A stretch of DNA of 35,646 nt from Octopus sinensis (GCF_006345805.1 NW_021826245.1:1-35646); one strand, 5' to 3'. Positions 1-11,792 are shown, counted from the first letter of the stretch. Numbers and translations are program-made. The notes: generated from the sequence alone by a model not told the origin.

Positions 1-745
1 GATCGATAATGTAGATTAAATAAAAATAATTAAAAAAACAAAAAAAAAACAAATAAAAAATAAAATTTATAACTGCCTGTAGCTCGACTATTTATAATAG
101 AGTTCCACTTCCGCTATTGATTCATTAGTTTCCGGTTGTACAATGTAGAATTCAAGATAAAAGATGGATGACTGATAAGACAAAGGGAAACATTGGTGGA
201 GAAAAAAAGAGGAGTATGAAAGGGGGAAAAAAGAAATAATGAGTAAAAAAAGGGGCGAGGTAAGTAGGTAGGGGCGAGAGAGAGAAAGAGTAAGAATTGA
301 ATAGTGAAATGATTGAAATGTATGCATACACTCTGTAATACAAATAAAATGTGGTGACAGAAGGATAAGGAGAATTAATGCACAAATACACACTTGTTTA
401 AACGCAATACATACATTCTTTAAGGCGACATGGGAGCAATTGTGTGGCTGCTTCATCTGCTAGAAATAACAACCAAATATAGTCGAAACCACAAATCGCA
501 AAGCTCAGTTGTCCACTACTGGTAGGTTTGAACTGGTATTCTGTTGAGGGGTGGTTATCTTATGAAGCTTTACTAACAAGATCTGAATCGTGATATAAAT
601 GAACCAAGTCGGTTGGCATTAGCTGAAACAAATCTTACAAAAAAAAATAATAAACAATAAAATAAAAGGCAAAATGTAATTTATATTAGGAAGAACCACT
701 GCCCAATTGCACTGCAGAATTTAATGTATAATTATACAACAATCC

Positions 746-835
746 ATCCATCCATCTGCCCATCCATTCATCCACATCCATTCATTCATCCATGCATCCA
801 CCCACATCCATCCATCCATCCATCCATCCATCCAT

Positions 836-867
<32 letters not shown>

Positions 868-868
868 T
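746..868 (+). repeat. (ATCC)n grading into (CCAG)n microsatellite
   Basis: Direct reading: catccatcc... followed by ccagccagcc... Confidence 0.95.
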
Positions 869-1959
869 TATGTAATATATGTTATTTTCTAATTCAAGAC
901 TCCAGTGTGCGATACGAGAGAAATTTGACTGCTATTTCTCGTAGGCTGAGCACCAGCACAGAGGCCTGCTGTGTTATTGCTGTGTTATTCAAGATCACTA
1001 TAATAAAAGCAACTGCATAAATGCTTACTTGAGAAATCCCGTCGTTTGTATTCAGCCTTTATTTAAGTATGATCTGTGAGAGTTTTGACTGCTATTTTCA
1101 GCAGGTTAAGCGGATATGTGTCAAATGAAAATTGAACAAAATTGTCTATTAAGGAACGACTCTCTCCTCCCTCCATTATCTTCTTACTCTCCCTGTCCTA
1201 CACTGTTTCATATCTCCAGTGCAGGTGGTTGAACTAATAAACGATTTGGTTTATTCCTTCACTTAAGTAGTCGACTTTGTAGATGGTTTAAGATTTGACA
1301 CACTTAGGGACGGTGATACAAGAGGAGATTTTTATCGGCTACATCTATACATTTAGGCTCGTTGAAATCATTATCCATACATACAATTATACATAATATA
1401 CAAATACATACATAAATGCACACACATACATATATACTCAAATACAACATAACACACACACACACATACATATAAAGAGTGTTGTAGTTTGCCTGAAGCA
1501 ATGCAGAAATCGTAGAAAATCAGTATGTTATAGAAAGCAATAATAATGCAGATAGAGCGTTAAATACAAAAAAAAAGTAACAATAACAAACACATTGAAA
1601 CGTTCCTTTGGAAATGTTTAATTAGTTTTGATATTTCGGCTTGAGAACCCTTTGCCTTAAAGAACATTAGGAATATATAAATTATATATCTATTCTGTTG
1701 CTAATGCTGAATCCTTCTATGTGTTATTCAAATTACATGTGTTGTGACGCAGAATTTAGGACTGTGTATTGTGTTCCAAGAACTATCGAATGACCAAGAG
1801 TCGTATGAAAGGTGAGAAAGAAAGAATTAGATCGAGTGTATGTGATGCATGATGTCTGAAGGAGTGGTCACTTTTTGTATCGACTGGTACTCCTTCAATT
1901 CCAAACTGTTGTTAATTATTGGTTTGTGTTTCTTTTTTTGTCAGAATAGTTTCTTTAAT

Positions 1960-2445
1960 CGGCAGTTTACCGACGTTTCGCTCTATTGTTTAATTGGTAA
2001 ATGTGATGGCCTTGTTAATGTTCCAACATTTTCAACGCGTTTTTTTAAAAAAACCATCTGTGAGTGTGGAGATGCTCTTCGGTTGGAAAGTATAATGGCC
2101 GACTCGTACTGCACATCTAACAGTCATTGCATTTGGCACACTAAATCCCATATAAGAAGTGAGCACGTATGCCTATGTCTGCATTGCTAGTTGGCCAGTT
2201 GTTCAGTGTGTATAAGTTCCTATCATTAGGGAACTATTTCTTCGATAATTGTTTCTATAGGGCCGGTCCTGAGTATGCTAGCTGTATATCTAACCTTTCT
2301 TTACGGATGACCTTGTGGATTTTTTAACTTCTCTGCATTAAGATTTGAAATCTAAGATCTTCTCTGCTCTTGGTTTATCCGTATAATTGTCTCTATACCC
2401 GCTCAACTTGATCCCTCTTATAGCCTTTCTTTACTTTGTGGAATC
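1960..2445 (-). mobile_element. Degenerate Penelope-like element 3' fragment (GIY-YIG endonuclease remnant plus decayed hammerhead)
   Basis: A single minus frame with several stops reads ...KIHKVIRKERLDIQLAYSGPAL...LYGI*CAKCNDC*MCSTSRPLYFPTEEHL, matching the PLE pattern (V/I)YxIxCxxC..YIGxTxRxLxxRxxEH. Downstream: TTTACC...GAGC-GAAACGTC-GGTAAA at 1966-2001. Confidence 0.7.
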
Positions 2446-2699
2446 CATCCCCTGTAAAGACATCGGAGTCTAAGCTTGAATCTTTCGAGCATTAACTAAG
2501 TGTTGTCCATACGAAGAATCCTGGATCTCATCTGCGGACTATATATATATACATATGTACACACAAATATATATGTGTGTCGTGAGTGCATGTATGTATA
2601 CGTACACTCATATATATAGATCTGATAAATTACGGGAGAATAGAGTAGGGGGAGGTGTCAAAAAACACTGAGGCAGAACGAGAATATTTTTTCTACTTC

Positions 2700-3527
2700 C
2701 TTTCTCCCTCTCTCTCTCGTTTCCTCTTCCTATCTCTCTTTTCCTGTCTTTATCTTTCCCCTGTTTCTCTTTCTTCTTTGCTCTCTCACTTTCTCTCTCT
2801 CTTTCCTCTCTCTCTCTCTCTCTCTCAGATAAGTGAGGAACAAAACAATAAAGAGAAAAACGTTTTCTTTGGGAATAATGAATGAAAAAGAATATTTGAC
2901 GTGGGGGTCGGATAAATTGTTGTTGCTGTTGTTGTCGGGACTGGTGGTGGTGGTGGTGGTGGTGGTGGTGGTAGTGGTGGTAGGAGTAATATTAATAGAG
3001 AGGAATTGAGAATTAAAAAAATTGAGAGATTGAAAGAAAGAAAGCGAGAAAGAGAGAGAGAGCGGGCAGGAGAAGGAAACTTGAGAGAGAGAGAGAGAGA
3101 GAGAGAAAGAAGGGAGAAAGGAGAGAGAAAAAGAGGAAGGACACAGAAAGGGGGAGACAGAGAATGGAGCGAAGGAGTAGAAGGGAAATAGAGAAAGTGG
3201 GGAAGAGAAGGAAGGAGAAGATGAAGGGCAGAGACAGTGAGATGGAAAGTTGGAAAGAAGAGGAAATGAAAGGGGAGGGGGAGACGTCGGGGTGAAGAAG
3301 GAAGAGAGAAAGTGAGAAGGGACATGGAAGGGGGAGACAAAGAATAGAGAGGAGAAGGGGAAGGAGGAGGAGAGAAAGTGGGCTGAGAAGGAGGGAGAAG
3401 ATGAAGGGCATAGAGAGAGAGAGAGAGAGAGAGAGTGAGAGAGAGAGAGAGAGAGTGAGAGAGAGAGAGAGAGAGTGAGAGAGAGAGAGAGAGAGAGATA
3501 GAGAGAGAAAGAGAGAGAAGCAAACAA
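2700..3527. repeat. Compound low-complexity block: (CT)n, (GGT)n, GA-rich purine tract, (GA)n
   Basis: Direct reading; accounts for the SL/ER/P/T-run ORFs. Confidence 0.9.
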
Positions 3528-3603
3528 AGAAAGTGAGTCAGATAAAGTTTTGTCCTAGTTTGTTTCTTTTCCTCATCCATCCTTTGAAAAGCAGTCACGT
3601 GAC

Positions 3604-3768
3604 GTGCGCGCGCGCATGTTAATAAAGTATGTGTGCGCGCGTGCGCGTGCGTGTGAGTTTGTGTATGCATACATACTAATACATAACTATATAAATTTAC
3701 ATACGTTTGGTCTCATGTGCATTTACATATACACACACATGCAAACACACAACCACATATATTCACAA

Positions 3769-3813
<45 letters not shown>

Positions 3814-3932
3814 CATGCATCACACACACACACACCCTGACACGGCTAGCACACAACTACATACATACACTCACACAGGAACGCATAGACACTTAAGCCC
3901 GTGTATATACTTTTGGATTCACATATACTATT

Positions 3933-3972
<40 letters not shown>

Positions 3973-4030
3973 TGACACATACATATGCACTCACATGCAC
4001 ACACGCATGCATACACCACATATTAAGTGT
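3604..4030. repeat. (GC)/(AC)n-rich microsatellite block
   Basis: Repeated cacacaca tracts with TA/GC interruptions. Confidence 0.9.
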
Positions 4031-4104
4031 GTGGATGTAGATTTAAATGTGGTTGTGTGCTAGCGCTTGTGTGTGTGAATATGTGTGTGTGTGAGTATGT
4101 GCAT

Positions 4105-4169
4105 ATATATATTTATATTATATATATATATATATATATATATCTATATCTATATATATATATATCCAC

Positions 4170-4248
<79 letters not shown>

Positions 4249-4284
4249 GTCTGTCTGTCTGTCTGTCTGTCTGCTAGTCTATCA

Positions 4285-4327
<43 letters not shown>

Positions 4328-4442
4328 ATCTCTCTCTCCCCCCCTCTCGTCTCTCTCAATCTATCTGCATGTCTGCCTGTCTGTGTGACTGCTAGTCTGT
4401 GTGTCTGTCTGCTAGTCTGTCTGCCTGTCTGCTAGTCTATCT

Positions 4443-4483
<41 letters not shown>

Positions 4484-4633
4484 ATCTATCTATCTATCTA
4501 TCTATCATCTCTCTCTCCCCCCCTCTCTCTCTCTCTCATCTATCTGCATGTCTGCCTGTCTGTGTGACTGCTAGTCTGTGTGTCTGTCTGCTAGTCTGTC
4601 TGCCTGTCTGCTAGTCTACCTGTCTGTCTGCTA

Positions 4634-4704
<71 letters not shown>

Positions 4705-4725
4705 CATCTATCTATCTATCTATCA

Positions 4726-4763
<38 letters not shown>

Positions 4764-4764
4764 A

Positions 4765-4800
<36 letters not shown>
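4105..4800 (+). repeat. (TA)n-(TCTA)n-(TCTG)n compound microsatellite with a 179-bp-period internal duplication
   Basis: 4326-4439 is repeated nearly identically at 4505-4618. Confidence 0.9.
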
Positions 4801-4802
<2 letters not shown>

Positions 4803-5134
4803 CACTCACTCCCACACACATATGTACATGTATATGTCATAATATTCGTCTGCTAACAACGTATGCCGTTTTATATGAAGGTGAAACTGCGTGCGTTCGC
4901 GTGTGCGTTACACTGCCTACTTAGGAAAGTATGTGAGGACATGACTGTGTGTATGTGTGTTCGTTCCCTTGTGTTTATTGGCGGTGGACTGTGTGAGTGT
5001 GTGTGTATATATGTGTTTGTATGAAATCTGTGTGTGTCTATGAAATGTATGTGTGTGTGTGTATCTATGTCTCTTCTATTTTTTAATTATTATAAATCTT
5101 CCACTTTTGTGCATGTGTGTCAATCTGTAATCTG

Positions 5135-5655
5135 CGTGTATGTATGTATGTATGTATTTATGTATGTATGTATGCATGTATGTATGTTTGTATGTATGTA
5201 TGTATGTATGTATGTATGTATGTATGTATGTACGTACGTATGTATGTATGTATGTATGTATGTATATGTATGTATTTTGTATGTATGTATGTTTGTATGT
5301 ATGTAATGTATGTATGTATGTATGTTTGTAGTATGTATATGTATGTCATGTTTGTAATGTATGTATGTATGTATGTATTAAATGTATGTATGTATGTATG
5401 TTTGTATTATGTATGTATGTATGTATGTATGTTTGTATGTATGTATGTATGTATGTTTGTATGTATGTATGTTTGTATGTATGTATGTTTGTATGTATGC
5501 ATGTATGTATGTATGTATGTTTGTATGTATGTATGTTTGTATGTATGCATGTATGTATGTATGTATGTTTGTATGTATGTATGTATGTATGTATGTATGC
5601 ATGTATGTATGTATGTATGTAGGTAGGTATGTATGTATGTATGTATGTATGTATG

Positions 5656-5687
<32 letters not shown>

Positions 5688-5697
5688 TGTATGTATG

Positions 5698-5729
<32 letters not shown>

Positions 5730-5837
5730 TATGTATGTATGTATGTATGTATGTTTGTATGTTTGTATGTATGTATGTATGTATGTATGTATGTTTGTAT
5801 GTATGTATGTATGTATGTATGCATGTATGTATGTATG

Positions 5838-5868
<31 letters not shown>

Positions 5869-5970
5869 TGTATTTATGCATGTATGTATGTAGTGTATGT
5901 ATGTATGTATGTATTATGTAATGTATGGTATCATGTATGTATGTATGTATGTATGTATGTATGTATGTGT
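5135..5970 (+). repeat. Long (ATGT)n microsatellite, about 830 bp
   Basis: Direct reading; source of the MYVC/YIHT ORFs. Confidence 0.97.
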
Positions 5971-6154
5971 GCGTGTGTATATACGCGTACGTGTGTGTGT
6001 GTGTGTGAGAGAGAGAGATAGGGGAAGAGAGAGAGGAAAGGAAATAGAGAAGCCCACATAATAATTGATGGGTATGTGTGTGGTGAGAGACAGTGAGAGA
6101 AGGGGGATGGAGACGCGATAGCAGTAAAGTACATGGAGAAGGGAAGAAAAAGAT

Positions 6155-6189
<35 letters not shown>

Positions 6190-6292
6190 GAGGAGAACCA
6201 GGGAGGGAGAAAAAAGTGAGATCAATGGAAAAAAAAAAGCAACGCCAAAAGTCTGATATATGTGCAAGTTACAGTGATATAAAAACATATAC

Positions 6293-6335
<43 letters not shown>

Positions 6336-6732
6336 CATATACATACACTTACATGCACATGCATACATATACACACATACATATATATACATACATACAC
6401 ACACACAACACATATATATATACATATACACACATACATACACATAACGTAAACGTACATATACATACATATACTTACATGTACCTGCTCATATATACAC
6501 ACATACGTATACATATACATACATATCCCAGCACATACACAAACACACACATATATGTACATATATGTAAACATATATAGACACACACACATGTATATAT
6601 ATACATATGCATGGATATGCATACTTATGTATATATATTTTATACCCTTCTCCATGTACATATATATATATATATATATTTTACATATGTATATATGTAT
6701 ATCCATATATGTATATATACATATACACACAC

Positions 6733-6780
6733 ATAGCGACATCTTTCTACCCTTTTGGTTGTCCTGTGTGTGTGTGTGTG

Positions 6781-6816
<36 letters not shown>

Positions 6817-6971
6817 TAATGTGTGTGTATGTGTGTGTATATGTGTGTGTGTTTATATATATATATGTATAAACACACACACATATACACACACACACAG
6901 ATATACACACACACACACATACACACACACACACACAGAGGACAACCAAAAGGGTAGAAAGATGTCGCTAT
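6733..6971. repeat. Fold-back inverted repeat with 33-bp perfect outer arms and a (GT)n/(TA)n/(AC)n palindromic interior
   Basis: ATAGCGACATCTTTCTACCCTTTTGGTTGTCCT (6733-6765) is the exact reverse complement of 6939-6971. Confidence 0.92.
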
Positions 6972-7580
6972 TGATAGAGCAAAAGTGTGTAGGTTGTGGG
7001 AAGAGGAAGGAGATAAAGAAAATAAAAAAAAGTACCGACACTATAAAAGGGATTACTACATGTTTTTAACCCCACCACCTTACATTGATACTGTCTTTTG
7101 ACAGGAAGTCCCGTGGAGAAACGATTCTTGTAAGGGAGAGTGAACAAGCGTGTGAAACAAGAGAGACAGAGAGAGAGAGGGAGGGAGAGCGAAAGAGGGG
7201 TGGGAGAGAAGAAAAGCAAAAGAGAAAGAGTGAAAGAGAGAGAGAGAAGGGAGAGCGAGCGACAGACATTAACAAAAGAAGGAGAAGCGTCGTATTCTCC
7301 GTCGACAAGGAAATTTTTCTCTAAATCATGATTTTATTTTATCAATGACAGACAACATTTTTATAGGGATTCTTTTGAGAAAGAAACATTTTTCTACCTT
7401 GCCCCCCCCTTTCCTCACCAACACCTCCTCTCAGATTCACCTGATATCACGTGACTTTTAAAAGATAGGTATCGAAATATGTGTGAGTGAAAAGTCGTTC
7501 TTTAGAGCTAATTCCATCCTCCATCTTCTCTATCATTTGCTGGTTCTGTTTACAGCAAGTTTTGGATTAGATATTCATAT

Positions 7581-7971
7581 ACTCTTTTACTCTTTTACTC
7601 TTTTACTTGTTTCAGTCATTTTGACTGCGGCCATGCTGGGGCACCACCTTTAATTGAGCAACTCGACCCCGGGACTTATTCTTTTGTAAGCCCAGTACTT
7701 ATTCTATCGGTCGCTTTTGCCGAACCGCTAAGTAACGGGACATAAACACACCAGCATGGTTGTCAAGCATGCTAGGGGGACAAACAGACACACAAACACA
7801 CACACCCACATAATATAAATATATACATATATACGACAGGCTTCTTTCAGTTTCCGTCTACCAATCCACTCACAAGGCTTTGGTCGGCCCGAGGCTAGTA
7901 GAAGACACTTACCCAAGGTGCCACGCAGTGACTGACTCGGACCATGGGCTGGTAACCAGCTACGTTACCAC
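7581..7971 (-). mobile_element. tRNA-derived CORE-type SINE (octopus OR2-like)
   Basis: Reverse complement of the 8875-9298 copy: CCTTGGGTAAGTGTCTTCTACT core, internal microsatellite, (AGTAAAAG)n tail. Confidence 0.88.
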
Positions 7972-8012
7972 TTTGTAAATATTGCTTTTTTTGTGTGTGT
8001 ACATGTCTATGT

Positions 8013-8637
8013 CTGTGCTCCGCAACCGGTATGCTGCGGCACACTGGTGTGCCAGGAGACGTTGCTAGGTGTGCCGCAGTGTAATCTGAATATAATTTTT
8101 TCCCCCTATACTTTTAGTTATATTTTTAGTTTAGGTGTGCCGCCGAATTTTGAAAGGAATATAAGTGGGATCTTTTCGGTTTGAACGGCAGTTTTTTCTA
8201 GCGGTGTCATATGAAATTGTCGCCCATAATTATGACCCTAGTATCAATCGATTGCATTTCAATCTGTTTTAGGGTTAGGGTTAGGGTTAGGGGTGGGGGA
8301 AGGGTATCTTTTTTCTTCACAAATGTAAATAAACCCAATCTATTTCTTAAACGAGGGACATATTCATATGGCACAGAATGTTTTTTTACCTTAATAGACG
8401 TCAGTGATTGGTTGAAATTGCAGAAACTGAAAAAAAAAAACAAAAAAACAACAGATATCTTACAAACTATAGAATTTTCTCAATAAAGCCAAGAGAAAAA
8501 GATGTTTTATAAACACTTTCTACCAGTATACGAGGTTAACAATTTTTTAGTTACCTAGAAATTATGTTAAAAACTGCCGTTCAAACCGAAAAGATCCTAT
8601 AAGTGTGCTGTAAGTGATAAAAGGTTGCGGAGCACTG
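8013..8637. mobile_element. hAT (Charlie-like) MITE interrupted by a nested MITE
   Basis: TIRs CTGTGCTCCGCAACC / GGTTGCGGAGCACTG (14 of 15 match); repeated GTGTGCC subterminal motifs; degenerate 8-bp flanks GTCTATGT / ATCTATAC; about 187 bp without the nested insert. Confidence 0.75.
8168..8597 (+). mobile_element. MITE with about 28-bp GG-terminal TIRs and 8-bp TSD (Merlin-like), copy 1
   Basis: TIR GGATCTTTTCGGTTTGAACGGCAGTTTT and its reverse complement; perfect TSD TATAAGTG (8160-8167, 8598-8605); internal (TTAGGG)4. Confidence 0.92.
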
Positions 8638-8874
8638 ATCTATACTGATGTTGTTTAATCTAAAGTCGATAACTAATCGGACAAACCTATAATGAAAGAC
8701 ATTCCAGCCACAACTGTTCTGTCCACTTTGTTTCCAGGAATAGTGGACCGTTGACTACATTATTCAGTGTAACATCCGCTTTTTTAACCCTTTTAACTGC
8801 GAAATTAAATTTCATAATTGTTTCCAGTAATTGTGTTAAATATCTCAAAAAAAAGAAGAAAAAAAAAACAGAAT

Positions 8875-9298
8875 AGGCGCAGGAGTGGCTGTGTGGTAAG
8901 TAGCTTGCTAACCAACCACATGGTTCAGGGTTCAGTCCCACTGCGTGGCATCTTGGGCAGGTGCCTTCTGCTATAGCCTCGGGCCGACCAAAGCCTTGTG
9001 AGTGGATTTGGAAGACGGAAACTGAAAGAAGCCTGTCGTATATATGTATATATATATATATGTATGTGTGTGTATATGTTTGTGTGTCTGTGTTTGTCCC
9101 TCTAGCATTGCTTGACAACCGATGCTGGTGTGTTTATGTCCCCGTCACTTAGCGGTTCGGCAAAAGAGACCGAGAGAATAAGTACTGGGCTTGCAAAAGA
9201 ATAAGTCCCGGGGTCGAGTTGCTCGATTAAAAGGTGGTGCTCCAGCATGGCCGCAGTCAAATGGCTGAAACAAGTAAAAGAGTAAAAGAGTAAGAGAG
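8875..9298 (+). mobile_element. tRNA-derived CORE-type SINE (OR2-like), full length
   Basis: Head GGCGCAGGAGTGGCTGTGTGGTAAG with B-box-like GGTTCAGTCCC; CTTGGGCAGGTGCCTTCT core; internal (TA)(TG)n; (AGTAAAAG)n tail. Confidence 0.9.
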
Positions 9299-9953
9299 AA
9301 TTGCTATTTTCTCCGTGTTACGTTGCCTCAAATCAACTTGACATACCTCAACAAAAAAATAGTTTCAAACATGACATTCCTCAATAAAAGATCGGCTGAT
9401 AGATAAAATTGCTTAACGCAGTTTAAGAGTTATGAAATTTTGAGTAGATATATCTGATTTCTTGCAGTAACAAGGTTAAGACGTTAGAGAGTAGTTGGGG
9501 GGGATATTTGGCTGCCATTTATAGCAAGGCTAGAGACCTAGTTGATTTATGTTACAGTAGTTATAAAGAGGGGTGCAACAGCAGAAAATTGTTTTTTAGC
9601 ATGCAAGTATGTTTTTGTTAGGATAAATGAAATAAAAATTGTTTAATTTGAAAACATACTTCATATAAATTTGATATAAAAAGCAGAAACCTCTGAAAGA
9701 AATTCATTGAGAAAAAGCAACAATTTGGTACTTGTTAAAACAAATATCTTGCCTTTTAATGGCGCTCGCTAAAACTAATAGCTTTTCAAGCATTCGGATC
9801 GGACTGCCAGTGTGGGAAAAATATATATTTTGATGTGCTGTTTCCCCCCTTGTGTCATTCAACAGTGTTTTACGATCACCAGCGAGAAAAGCTAGTCAAG
9901 ATGAAAGGCAGTTCCCACGATCCTTTACATGGTCTCCGAGACTAGAGAGATTC

Positions 9954-9992
<39 letters not shown>

Positions 9993-10405
9993 ATGGATGA
10001 GAAAGGAAGTGTGGTAGGATGTTATCCTTAAATTAGAGAGCTGGCCTAAACGCTTGCAAAATAGTTGACTCCGCTAAAGACACCCCAGACACCGCTAAAG
10101 ACACCAATCACCCCGCGATAAACGAGGATAGATGTATAAACATGGTTAACTGCAATTAATTCATAGCTGTTACGGGCGCAGTCCGCTCAATGCTTTGCTG
10201 GCCACTGATGTGGTGAGCGGAACAACACACTGTATCAGATGTTATAGTTTGAAGATTTCTGCACGCTAATAGAATACGGAAACTACACAAGTACGTCGAT
10301 GTTGTTAACAAAGACAGACACCATGAAACTGAGGACCTACCAAGGCTAACAGGATGTAAGTGATTCCTGGGACGGCTCGTGTAAAATATCAGAGTTGCAG
10401 CCGGC

Positions 10406-10701
10406 TTGAAGAAGAAAAAAGACGAAGAGAAAGAGAAAGGAGAAGAAGATAAAGAAGAAGAAGAAGGAGGAGGAGAAGAAGAAGAAGAACAAGAAGGAGA
10501 AGAAGAAGAAGAAGGAGTAGAAGAAGAAGAAGAAGAAGAGAAGAAGAAGAAGAAGAAGGAGAAGAAGAAGAAGAAGAAGGAGGAGGAGGAGAAGGAGGAG
10601 AAGAAGAAAAAGAAGAAGAAGATTAAGAAGAAGATTAAGAAGAAGAAGAAGAAGATTAAGAAGAAGAAGATTAAGAAGAAGAAGAAGAAGAAGAAGAAGA
10701 T

Positions 10702-10732
<31 letters not shown>

Positions 10733-10790
10733 AAGAAGAAGAAGAAGAAAAGGAAGAAGAAGAAGAAGAAGAAGAAGAAGAAGAAGAAAA
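10406..10790 (+). repeat. (GAA)n trinucleotide tract with GGA/TTA variants
   Basis: Direct reading; source of the poly-E/K ORF. Confidence 0.95.
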
Positions 10791-11232
10791 TTATTTCCAA
10801 CACAAACAACAATACTACAAATTTTGAAGCTGGAAAATATGCTTTGATTTGTCGAACCCGGAATAGGATTCGACAATTTAAAGTGCAAGGGGTGGTGTAA
10901 GGTGGAGTTGGCTGCGGTGGGATTTGAGCTCAGAACGTAAATAGTCGCATGGGATTTTTATCCGACTATCTAACGAGTCTGTCAATTCATTGCTTTTCAC
11001 TGAACACATTAAGGTACAACATCAGTTTACGGGACAGCGATACGAACAGGAACCTCAAAATTTCCAGGGTCGCTAGACTAGTTTACTAGTACCTTGTACT
11101 GACAGTCAACTCCACCTTACCTAATCACCCTTTGCACTTTAAATTGTCGATCCTATTCCGGGTTCGACACATCAAAACATATTCCAGCTTCAAAATTTGT
11201 AGTCTTGTTGTTTGTTTTGGAAATAATTTTCT
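10787..11232. repeat. Inverted duplication with about 125-bp unique arms, extended by (GAA)n on the left and (TTC)n on the right
   Basis: 10787-10910 is approximately the reverse complement of 11108-11232 (roughly 90% by eye); spacer about 200 bp. Confidence 0.9.
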
Positions 11233-11368
11233 TCTTCTTCTTCTTCTTCTTCTTCTTCTTCTTCTTCTTCTTCTTCTTCTCTTCTTCTTCTCTTCTTCTT
11301 CTTCTTCTTCTTCTTCTTCTACTACTACTACTACTACTAAACTGGTATCGTTTATAGTATAAACTTTA

Positions 11369-11792
11369 GCATCTTTTCGGTTTGAACGGCAGTTTTTTTC
11401 TAGCGGTGTCATATGAAATTGTCCCCTATAATTATGACCCTAGTATCGATCTATTGCATTTCAATTTGTTTTAGGGCTAGGGTTAGGGTTAGGGGTGGAG
11501 GGAAGGGTATCTTTTTTTCTTCACAAATGTAAATAAACCCAATCTGTTTCTTAAACGAGGGAAAATTCATACGGCACAGAATGTTTTTTACCTCAATGGA
11601 CGTCAATGATTGGTTGAAATTGCAGAAATTGAAGAAAAAACAACAACAAATATCTTACAAACTATAGAATTTTCTCAATAAAGCCAAGAAAAAAAGATGT
11701 TTCATAAACACATTCTACCAGTATACGAAGTTTAACATTTTTTAGTTACCTAGAAATTATGTTAAAAACTGCCGTTCAAACCGAAAAGATCC
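11369..11792 (+). mobile_element. Merlin-like MITE, copy 2
   Basis: Same TIRs (left G>C: GCATC); perfect TSD AAACTTTA (11361-11368, 11793-11800). Confidence 0.92.

Noticed and set aside
7100-7124. Possible micro-exon TTTTGACAG|25 nt|GTAAGG
   Set aside because: The length is not a multiple of 3, there is no partner exon, and such motifs are expected by chance in 35 kb.
2655-7331. Many long ORFs ([20 protein letters not shown])
   Set aside because: They are translations of microsatellites; simple repeats lack stops in several frames.
8269-8298. TTAGGG repeats as a telomere or chromosome-fusion scar
   Set aside because: Only 2-4 units, always at the same internal position of a MITE.
10156-10900. 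Poly-E/K and poly-F/L ORFs
   Set aside because: They derive from the (GAA)n tract, with no domain-like sequence.
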